From a virus (lineage: Duplodnaviria > Heunggongvirae > Uroviricota > Caudoviricetes), in the IMG/VR virus record IMGVR_UViG_2651869755_000005: DNA of 6,052 bases; one strand, 5' to 3'. Position 1 is the stretch's first letter, and the number at the start of each line of letters is the position of its first letter. This document shows positions 1 through 5,511 of this stretch, piece after piece. A program made the translations under genes and the position numbers. A model generated the notes under the pieces. It did not search any database. It saw only the letters and a program-made list of their open reading frames with translations, and was not told the DNA's origin.

Positions 1-206
1 TGGCGGAGAGCATCAATGGTCTTTACAAAGCGGAGGTAATACACCGTAAGAGCTGGAAAAACCGTGCAGAAGTGGAACTGGCCACACTCACGTGGGTGGA
101 CTGGTATAACAATCGACGATTGCTGGAAAGGCTGGGCCATACTCCTCCGGCAGAAGCAGAAAAAGCTTATTATGCTTCCATCGGAAACGATGATCTGGCA
201 GCCTGA
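1..206 (+). CDS. IS3-family transposase OrfB, C-terminal part (5' end outside window)
   Basis: Open frame 3..203 with stop TGA at 204..206; conserved DDE-transposase C-terminal motif W-V-D-W-Y-N-x-R-R-L. Confidence 0.8.
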   Translation, partial: AESINGLYKAEVIHRKSWKNRAEVELATLTWVDWYNNRRLLERLGHTPPAEAEKAYYASIGNDDLAA

Positions 207-248
207 GTTCACAGATAAAATACTCTCCAGGAAACCCGGGGCGGTTCA
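1..248 (+). mobile_element. 3' end of an IS3-family insertion sequence (IS629-like), truncated by the window start; right inverted repeat ends at ...GGGGCGGTTCA (pos 248)
   Basis: Frame-3 translation of 3..203 gives a typical IS3-family orfB C-terminus (...ATLTWVDWYNNRRLLERLGHTPPAEAEKAYYASIGNDDLAA*). The sequence 207..248 is the reverse complement of the terminal repeat TGAACCGCCCCGGGTTTCCTGGAGAG... that I recall for IS629/IS1203-type elements. Exact IS identity is from memory, not a search. Confidence 0.8.
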
Positions 249-419
249 GCCGCAGATGAGCTTGTCCATATGACTGCGAGAATTAACCGTGGTGAGGCGA
301 TCCCTGAACCAGTAAAACAACTTCCTGTCATGGGCGGTAGACCTCTAAATCGTGCACAGGCTCTGGCGAAGATCGCAGAACTCAAAGCTAAGTTCGGACT
401 GAAAGGAGCAAGTGTATGA
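249..419 (+). pseudogene. P: 3' remnant of lambda-type replication gene P (about 56 codons), truncated upstream by the IS insertion
   Basis: Frame continuous from the IS boundary (249) to stop TGA 417..419, ending ...KAKFGLKGASV. The stop overlaps the ren start (ATGA at 416..419), the P-ren arrangement of lambda. No intact N-terminus or promoter-proximal start exists downstream of the IS end. Confidence 0.6.
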
Positions 420-706
420 CGGGCAAAGAGGCAATTATTCATTACCTGGGGACGCATAATAGCTTCTGTGCGCCGGACGTTGCCGCGCTAACAGGCGCAA
501 CAGTAACCAGCATAAATCAGGCCGCGGCTAAAATGGCACGGGCAGGTCTTCTGGTTATCGAAGGTAAGGTCTGGCGAACGGTGTATTACCGGTTTGCTAC
601 CAGGGAAGAACGGGAAGGAAAGATGAGCACGAACCTAATTTTTAAGGAGTGTCGCCAGAGTGCCGCGATGAAACGGGTATTGGCGGTATATGGAGTTAAA
701 AGATGA
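416..706 (+). CDS. ren: Ren-like protein (lambda ren homolog), 96 aa
   Basis: 96-aa ORF (MTGKEAIIHYLGTHNSFCAPDVAALTGATV...) matching the length and, as far as I recall, the sequence of lambda Ren; start overlaps the upstream stop (ATGA); position between P and ninB as in lambda. Confidence 0.8.
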   Translation: MTGKEAIIHYLGTHNSFCAPDVAALTGATVTSINQAAAKMARAGLLVIEGKVWRTVYYRFATREEREGKMSTNLIFKECRQSAAMKRVLAVYGVKR

Positions 707-731
707 CCATCTACATCACTGAGCTAATAAC

Positions 732-763
732 AGGCCTGCTGGTAATTGCAGGCCTTTTTATTT
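732..763 (+). terminator. Rho-independent terminator, tR2-like, between ren and ninB
   Basis: Perfect 8-bp GC-rich stem AGGCCTGC (732..739) / GCAGGCCT (748..755) with an 8-nt loop, followed by TTTTTATTT (755..763). Confidence 0.6.
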
Positions 764-779
764 GGGGGAGAGGGAAGTC

Positions 780-1220
780 ATGAAAAAACTAACCTTTGAA
801 ATTCGATCTCCAGCACATCAGCAAAACGCTATTCACGCGGTACAGCAAATTCTTCCAGACCCAACCAAACCAATCGTAGTAACCATTCAGGAACGCAACC
901 GCAGCTTAGACCAGAATCGAAAGCTTTGGGCTTGCCTTGGTGACGTCTCTCGTCAGGTTGAATGGCATGGTCGCTGGCTGGATGCAGAAAGCTGGAAGTG
1001 TGTGTTTACCGCAGCATTAAAGCAGCAGGATGTTGTTCCTAACCTTGCCGGGAATGGCTTTGTGGTAATAGGCCAGTCAACCAGCAGGATGCGTGTAAGC
1101 GAATTTGCGGAGCTATTAGAGCTTATACAGGCATTCGGTACAGAGCGTGGCGTTAAGTGGTCAGACGAAGCGCGACTGGCTCTCGAATGGAAAGCGCGAT
1201 GGGGAGATCGGGCTGCATGA
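780..1220 (+). CDS. ninB: NinB (Orf-family recombination mediator), 146 aa
   Basis: MKKLTFEIRSPAHQQNAIHAVQQILPDPTKP... is near-identical to lambda NinB as I recall it; strong SD (GGGGAGAGGGAAG) ahead of ATG 780. The track's upstream TTG at 762 is rejected as start. Confidence 0.9.
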   Translation: MKKLTFEIRSPAHQQNAIHAVQQILPDPTKPIVVTIQERNRSLDQNRKLWACLGDVSRQVEWHGRWLDAESWKCVFTAALKQQDVVPNLAGNGFVVIGQSTSRMRVSEFAELLELIQAFGTERGVKWSDEARLALEWKARWGDRAA

Positions 1221-1744
1221 CTATCAAATCAAATACGCCAGCACACGACAAGGACTGCTGGCAAACGCCGCTTTGGCTTTTTGATGCACTGGATATTGAG
1301 TTTGGATTCTGGCTGGATTCGGCAGCGAGCGACAAAAATGCTCTGTGCGCTCACTGGCTAACTGAGGACGACGACGCGCTCAATTCTGAGTGGGTAAGCC
1401 ACGGTGCAATCTGGAATAACCCACCGTACAGCAATATCAGGCCGTGGGTGGAAAAAGCCGCTGAGCAGTGTATACAACAGCGACAGACGGTAGTGATGCT
1501 TGTGCCAGAGGATATGTCTGTCGGATGGTTCAGCAAGGCTCTGGAGAGTGTTGACGAAGTTCGTATTATCACTGATGGACGGATTAATTTTATCGAACCA
1601 TCGACAGGGCTGGAGAAGAATGGAAACAGCAAAGGCTCCATGCTGCTGATTTGGCGACCGTTCATCAGTCCTCGACGGATGTTTACTACCGTATCCAAAG
1701 CGGCATTGATGGCGATCGGGCAGGGCGTCAGGAGGGCTGCATGA
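1217..1744 (+). CDS. Phage-type DNA N6-adenine methyltransferase (small Dam-like), 175 aa
   Basis: Catalytic motif IV N-P-P-Y within ...[11 protein letters not shown]...; size and context typical of lambdoid nin-region Dam-like methylases. ATG 1217 overlaps the ninB stop (ATGA) with a GGGGAGA SD about 9 nt upstream; upstream Met codons in the track ORF (from 1157) would overlap ninB and are rejected. Confidence 0.8.
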   Translation: MTIKSNTPAHDKDCWQTPLWLFDALDIEFGFWLDSAASDKNALCAHWLTEDDDALNSEWVSHGAIWNNPPYSNIRPWVEKAAEQCIQQRQTVVMLVPEDMSVGWFSKALESVDEVRIITDGRINFIEPSTGLEKNGNSKGSMLLIWRPFISPRRMFTTVSKAALMAIGQGVRRAA

Positions 1745-1917
1745 GACGACAGCGACGAAGCATCACCGACATAATCTGCGAAAACTGCAAATACCTTCCA
1801 ACGAAATGCTCCAGAAATAAACGCAAGCTAATCCCAAAAGAATCTGACGTAAAAACCTTCAATTACACAGCCCACCTGTGGGATATCCGGTGGCTAAGAT
1901 ATCGTGCGAGGAAATGA
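1741..1917 (+). CDS. ninE: NinE, 58 aa
   Basis: [29 protein letters not shown]...[19 protein letters not shown] matches lambda/DLP12 NinE as I recall it; ATG 1741 overlaps the methyltransferase stop (ATGA). Confidence 0.85.
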   Translation: MRRQRRSITDIICENCKYLPTKCSRNKRKLIPKESDVKTFNYTAHLWDIRWLRYRARK

Positions 1918-1919
1918 CA

Positions 1920-2261
1920 ATGGATTATTCACAGTTAAGTGATTTTGAAATTAACAGAATGGTAGGAGACATAATTTTTAAAGGCCTTTGGGCAAGTAAA
2001 CCGGAAACATCAGGGAATAACACCAACAAATGGTATTACGGAAATGCTGATACAACTTTTGAGCCATTAAATCATTTGCCTGACTACTGCAATGATCCGA
2101 GCGCTTCATGGCCGATTATTGAGAAATACAGGATTTCTATCTTAGACCAGTTAACTGAATGGTGTGTGGATGCAAAAGGCGTAAGCCCAATATTTGATAC
2201 CAGACCTCTCCGCGCCGCCATGATTGTCTTTCTCCTGATGCAGGAGGCCAATAATGCTTAG
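1920..2261 (+). CDS. Hypothetical nin-region protein, 113 aa, function unknown
   Basis: Long ORF in the same orientation; ATG 1920 preceded by GAGGAA SD at 1908..1913, 2 nt after the ninE stop. No motif I recognise ([24 protein letters not shown]...[13 protein letters not shown]...). An in-frame alternative start exists at 1914. Confidence 0.7.
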   Translation: MDYSQLSDFEINRMVGDIIFKGLWASKPETSGNNTNKWYYGNADTTFEPLNHLPDYCNDPSASWPIIEKYRISILDQLTEWCVDAKGVSPIFDTRPLRAAMIVFLLMQEANNA

Positions 2262-2448
2262 CCCATCTCAATCCCTTCAATACCTGAAAGAAAGCATAGA
2301 GCGGGCTTCAATGTGCACAGAGTGGATTCTATCTAGGTTTAGCGCATACAGAAGATTGCCGGTAAAGGGCATGCCAAGCAAGTCGATGCTGCATATGCAA
2401 AAGAATGCGCGCTGGAAGGTATGGCGAGAACACAGGTTATGTGGCTAA
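2254..2448 (+). CDS. Hypothetical small protein, 64 aa; N-terminus possibly NinF-like; 3' part overlaps an out-of-frame ybcO-like remnant
   Basis: ATG 2254 preceded by a strong SD (CAGGAGG, 2241..2247) and overlapping the upstream stop by 8 nt. The basic C-terminal third lies over sequence that in another frame encodes a YbcO-like C-terminus, so the 3' end may be fortuitous. The NinF resemblance of [10 protein letters not shown]... is a weak recollection. Confidence 0.5.
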   Translation: MLSPSQSLQYLKESIERASMCTEWILSRFSAYRRLPVKGMPSKSMLHMQKNARWKVWREHRLCG

Positions 2449-2471
2449 AAGAGGGGGTTATTAAGGCGTGA
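2343..2471 (+). pseudogene. ybcO: 3' remnant of a ybcO-like (DUF1364 nuclease-like) gene lacking its 5' two-thirds
   Basis: Frame beginning after stop 2340..2342 reads ...[29 protein letters not shown], matching the C-terminus of DLP12 YbcO as I recall it. Its stop (2469..2471) overlaps the rusA GTG start, as in DLP12. No N-terminal Cys-rich YbcO portion is present upstream. Confidence 0.45.
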
Positions 2472-2830
2472 ATACCTACAGCATCACATTACCCTGGCCT
2501 CCGAGCAATAATCGCTATTACCGCCATAATCGCGGGCGCACGCACGTCAGCGCAGAGGGGCAGGCATACCGCGATAACGTCGCCCGAATCATTAAAAACG
2601 CAATGCTGGATATCGGCCTGGCTATGCCTGTGAAAATCCGCATTGAGTGCCACATGCCGGATCGCCGTCGCCGTGACCTGGATAATCTGCAAAAAGCCGC
2701 TTTTGACGCACTCACTAAAGCAGGTTTCTGGCTGGATGATGCTCAGGTCGTTGATTACCGCGTTGTGAAGATGCCTGTTACCAAAGGTGGGAGGCTGGAA
2801 CTGACCATCACCGAAATGGGGAATGAATGA
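2468..2830 (+). CDS. rusA: RusA Holliday-junction resolvase, 120 aa
   Basis: [120 protein letters not shown] matches E. coli DLP12 RusA as I recall it; GTG start at 2468 with GAGGGGG SD upstream. Confidence 0.92.
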   Translation: MNTYSITLPWPPSNNRYYRHNRGRTHVSAEGQAYRDNVARIIKNAMLDIGLAMPVKIRIECHMPDRRRRDLDNLQKAAFDALTKAGFWLDDAQVVDYRVVKMPVTKGGRLELTITEMGNE

Positions 2831-2967
2831 TGTTTGAGTTTAATATGGCAGAACTTCTTCGCCACCGCTGGGGGCGTCTGCGCTTATATCGTTTCCCCGG
2901 TTCTGTTTTGACCGATTACCGAATACTGAAGAATTACGCCAAAACCCTGACAGGAACAGGAGTATGA
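2827..2967 (+). CDS. ylcG: YlcG-like small protein, 46 aa (not in the ORF track because under 60 aa)
   Basis: Manual translation from ATG 2827 (overlapping the rusA stop): [46 protein letters not shown], stop 2965..2967; matches DLP12 YlcG as I recall it and sits in the conserved position between rusA and Q. Confidence 0.7.
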   Translation: MMFEFNMAELLRHRWGRLRLYRFPGSVLTDYRILKNYAKTLTGTGV

Positions 2968-3052
2968 AGTCAGAGATAACAATCAACTAATACTGTTTTG
3001 TTGATTTTTGCTTGTAATTGGCGTTCTGGTCTGATTTTTGTGGAGTAAGTTG

Positions 3053-3436
3053 ATGCGTGATATTCAGATGGTTCTTGAGCGTTGGGGTGCGTGGGCGGCT
3101 AATAATCATGAAGATGTGACCTGGTCGTCCATTGCCGCCGGTTTTAAGGGATTAATTCCTTCAAAAGTAAAATCTCGCCCGCAATGTTGTGACGATGACG
3201 CGATGATCATTTGCGGGTGCATGGCCCGTCTGAAAAAGAACAACAGCGATTTACACGATTTATTAGTAGATTATTATGTATGTGGTATGACATTCATGTC
3301 ACTGGCAAGTAAGCATTGCTGCTCGGATGGTTATATCGGGAAAAGGTTACAGAAGGCTGAGGGCATAATTGAAGGGATGTTAATGGCATTAGATATCCGG
3401 TTAGATATGGATATCGTTGCTAATAATTCTAATTGA
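3053..3436 (+). CDS. quuD: Q-family late-gene antiterminator (QuuD-like), 127 aa
   Basis: [31 protein letters not shown]...[16 protein letters not shown]... matches DLP12 QuuD in length and sequence as I recall it; ATG 3053 with GGAG SD at 3042..3045. Track start 3038 (TTG) rejected. Confidence 0.88.
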   Translation: MRDIQMVLERWGAWAANNHEDVTWSSIAAGFKGLIPSKVKSRPQCCDDDAMIICGCMARLKKNNSDLHDLLVDYYVCGMTFMSLASKHCCSDGYIGKRLQKAEGIIEGMLMALDIRLDMDIVANNSN

Positions 3437-3454
3437 TATGCAATTGTTTACTAA

Positions 3455-3486
3455 AAGTTATTAAAAATGGGGCGTGGAAACGCCCC
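3455..3486 (-). terminator. Candidate rho-independent terminator on the - strand (likely nmpC terminator)
   Basis: Stem GGGGCG (3469..3474) / CGCCCC (3481..3486) with loop TGGAAA; on the - strand the hairpin is followed by ATTTTTAATAACTT (complement of 3455..3468). Confidence 0.5.
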
Positions 3487-3573
3487 CAAAATAAAGGGTA
3501 ATATATAACAGAAGGTTTATATAGTAAGAAGCAAGGTAGTGCTTCTAAAGGAAGTGGCTTGAGGGCTCCACTT

Positions 3574-3613
3574 ATATGTTGCGGAGGCAAAGCCTCCCGC
3601 AACATATCTTTTT
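3574..3613 (+). terminator. Strong rho-independent terminator on the + strand downstream of quuD
   Basis: About 14-bp stem ATATGTTGCGGAGG / CCTCCCGCAACATAT (one bulged C), loop CAAAG, followed by CTTTTT (3608..3613). The - strand side lacks a T-tract, so it is + strand specific. Confidence 0.6.
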
Positions 3614-3624
3614 CGTAAGTCAGA

Positions 3625-4707
3625 TTAGAACTGATAAACCAGACCTACAGCGACGATGTCGTCGGTATCAATACCAGCTGTTTTGGTAAACTTACTATCG
3701 TCAATTAAGTTGATTTTGTAATCAACAAAAGTAGACATGTTTTTATTAAAGTAGTAAGTAGCACCGACATCGACATACTTGACTAAGTCTCGGTCACCAT
3801 GAACACCAAGGTCTTTACCTTTTGACTGAAGGTAAGCAACAGATGGGCGCAGACCGAAGTCAAACTGATATTGTGCTACTGCTTCAAAGTTTTGTGCTTT
3901 GTTTGCAATATGGTTATTACCAAAAACGGTCATATTCTGAGTTTCAGAATATGTGGTAGCCAGATAGATATTGTTCGCATCATATTTCAGGCCTGCAGCC
4001 CATACTTCCGCATTTTTGCCGGAGGCATTGAATTTGCTCTTACCATAGGCGACCTGACCGTCAGTGCGATCTGATTTAGCATAGGTTGCACCCACGCCGA
4101 ATCCTTCATACTCATAAGTAGTGGAGAAACCGAAACCATCACCATTGGCTTCAGTTACGTCAGTGCGGTCATTTTTACCCTGATACTGAGCAGCAAAGTT
4201 CAGGCCATCGACCAGACCAAAGAAGTCGTTGTTACGATAAGTTGCAACACCAGTAGTGCGACCAGTCATGAACACATCTGTTTGGGTCCAGGTATCACCA
4301 CCGAATTCTGGCAGAACGTCAGTCCACGCACCGATGTCGTATGCTACACCGTAGTTACGGCCGTAATCGATGGAGCCGTAATCACCAAATTTCAGGCCTG
4401 CAAATGCAAGACGGGTTTTGTCTTTGGAAGAACCTTGAGATTCAGCACGGTTGCCTTTGAATTCATATTCCCACTGACCGAAACCAGTCAGTTGATCGTT
4501 GATTTGGGTTTCACCTTTGAAGCCAAGACGGGCATAAGTAGTATCACCATCATCTGCATCATTAGAGGAGAAGTAGTGCTTGGCATTAACTTTCCCGTAT
4601 AGATCCAGCTTGTTACTGTCTTTATTATAAATTTCAGCTGCCTGAGCAGACATCGCCATCAGTACTGATGCAGCTACAGCAGAAATTGCCACTGTTAATT
4701 TTTTCAT
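3625..4707 (-). CDS. nmpC: Outer-membrane general porin of the OmpC/OmpF/PhoE family (NmpC-like), apparently intact, with signal peptide
   Basis: Signal peptide [23 protein letters not shown] then [16 protein letters not shown]...; C-terminal ...VGLVYQF with terminal Phe typical of beta-barrel OMPs. Start ATG (complement of 4705..4707) chosen over the track's upstream Met (4767) because of the signal peptide and an AAGGG SD. Position and orientation between quuD and essD match DLP12 nmpC. Confidence 0.9.
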   Translation of the reverse strand: MKKLTVAISAVAASVLMAMSAQAAEIYNKDSNKLDLYGKVNAKHYFSSNDADDGDTTYARLGFKGETQINDQLTGFGQWEYEFKGNRAESQGSSKDKTRLAFAGLKFGDYGSIDYGRNYGVAYDIGAWTDVLPEFGGDTWTQTDVFMTGRTTGVATYRNNDFFGLVDGLNFAAQYQGKNDRTDVTEANGDGFGFSTTYEYEGFGVGATYAKSDRTDGQVAYGKSKFNASGKNAEVWAAGLKYDANNIYLATTYSETQNMTVFGNNHIANKAQNFEAVAQYQFDFGLRPSVAYLQSKGKDLGVHGDRDLVKYVDVGATYYFNKNMSTFVDYKINLIDDSKFTKTAGIDTDDIVAVGLVYQF

Positions 4708-4990
4708 TGTACGCCCTTTTTTTGAACTATTATTAAAAAATGATGTCACTGCGCGATAAATATTCATCTAATCAATGTGATTATTTCAAGATGTAAGTTT
4801 TAGTTTCTCATTTAATTTGTGAAGTAGATCTCTATTTTTATCTGAACCTTTTCTATCTAATCCTATTCATGGCTCTTGTCTGAACAAAAATAAATCTATT
4901 AGCTAATTTATATTAATGGCACTTATTTATAAGTGCTCTATAATTCTTTAGCTTAATTTAAACAAACTAAAAATAACATCGGAAATTATT
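4708..4990 (-). promoter_or_regulatory. AT-rich upstream/5' leader region of the porin gene (promoter not mapped)
   Basis: Long AT-rich non-coding stretch upstream of the porin start, containing an 18-bp inverted repeat (4919..4936) and several TCTAT/ATCTA repeats; porin genes usually carry long regulated leaders. No -35/-10 pair is assigned with confidence. Confidence 0.4.
4919..4936. repeat. Perfect inverted repeat GCACTTAT-TT-ATAAGTGC (8-bp arms, 2-bp spacer)
   Basis: Read directly from the sequence; arms are exact reverse complements. Candidate dimeric regulator operator, about 215 bp upstream of the porin start codon. Confidence 0.5.
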
Positions 4991-5133
4991 AACTGATTAT
5001 TTGTTGAAGTTTTCTTATGTATTTGTGGTGGTGTTTTGAACACTCGGTGGCATTCTCACAAATATCATTTAGTAGTTTACGTACGTAAAAAATTGGTTAT
5101 GCTGTTAAGAGTGGTTACTTCGTCACACAGCTT

Positions 5134-5166
5134 AAACCCGCCGTCGAGCGGGTTTTTCCATTTTTT
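5134..5166 (+). terminator. Rho-independent terminator on the + strand about 130 bp upstream of essD (candidate tR'-like late terminator)
   Basis: Stem AAACCCGC (5134..5141) / GCGGGTTT (5148..5155), loop CGTCGA, followed by TTCCATTTTTT (to 5166). The - strand side has only a 3-T run. Confidence 0.65.
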
Positions 5167-5295
5167 GAGTCTCGATATTAGCTGATAACCCAATACCTGA
5201 GTTATTCACTGACTCCGAATCTGTTACGTTTCTGCCTTTATTGCGATACGTAATATCCCCTTAATTTACACCCGCTTTGTCTGCGAGGTGGGGTT

Positions 5296-5511
5296 ATGAA
5301 ATCCATGGATAAGTTAACAACGGGTGTCGCCTATGGCACCTCAGCAGGTAGTGCCGGTTACTGGTTTTTACAGCTGCTCGATAAAGTCACGCCCTCACAG
5401 TGGGCAGCAATAGGTGTGCTGGGTAGCCTGGTATTTGGCCTGCTGACGTACCTGACAAACCTTTATTTCAAGATTAAAGAAGATAAGCGCAAGGCTGCGA
5501 GAGGTGAATAA
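5296..5511 (+). CDS. essD: Holin, phage 21 S-like pinholin (EssD-like), 71 aa, with dual-start motif
   Basis: [71 protein letters not shown] resembles DLP12 EssD / S21 as I recall them; Met1-Lys2-Ser3-Met4 gives the two-start holin/antiholin arrangement; GAGGTGGGG SD upstream; two hydrophobic segments. Confidence 0.9.

Noticed and set aside
64-273. 69-aa + strand ORF in the track
   Set aside because: Lies in an alternative frame inside the IS transposase 3' end and inverted repeat; the transposase frame (3..206) carries the conserved IS3-family motif and this one does not.
209-457. 82-aa - strand ORF
   Set aside because: Antisense to the IS end, the P remnant and the ren start; no ribosome-binding site or recognisable motif; Pro/Ser/Ala-rich composition typical of antisense translation of a GC-rich coding strand.
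1153-1335. 60-aa - strand ORF
   Set aside because: Antisense across the ninB/methyltransferase junction; both sense genes are well supported.
1351-1698. 115-aa - strand ORF
   Set aside because: Entirely antisense within the methyltransferase gene, Ser-rich and low-complexity; no independent support.
1651-1740. N-terminal extension of ninE (track ORF 1651..1917, 88 aa)
   Set aside because: The extension overlaps the methyltransferase 3' end out of frame; NinE in lambda and DLP12 starts MRRQRR, corresponding to ATG 1741, which also gives an ATGA overlap.
1878-1919. Upstream start for the 113-aa ORF (track start 1878)
   Set aside because: Would overlap the ninE 3' end; ATG 1920 has a properly spaced GAGGAA SD and immediately follows the ninE stop.
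2489-2715. Two - strand ORFs (67 and 65 aa)
   Set aside because: Antisense inside rusA, whose identity is well supported; Arg/Ser-rich antisense-type composition.
3038-3052. TTG start for quuD (track start 3038)
   Set aside because: ATG 3053 is preceded by a GGAG SD at the correct spacing and gives the expected 127-aa product.
3437-3468. Late promoter pR' placed immediately after the quuD stop (TTGTTT / TTGATA as -35)
   Set aside because: No acceptable -10 hexamer at 16-18 bp spacing, and only about 30 bp exist before the first hairpin; kept only as a weak alternative in the findings.
3871-4602. Two + strand ORFs (67 and 106 aa) inside the porin gene
   Set aside because: Antisense to a strongly supported porin CDS; no SD and no motif; likely a frame artefact.
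4708-4767. 20-codon N-terminal extension of the porin ORF ([20 protein letters not shown])
   Set aside because: A Sec signal peptide must be N-terminal; the [13 protein letters not shown]... start at 4707 has an SD and matches porin family precursors.
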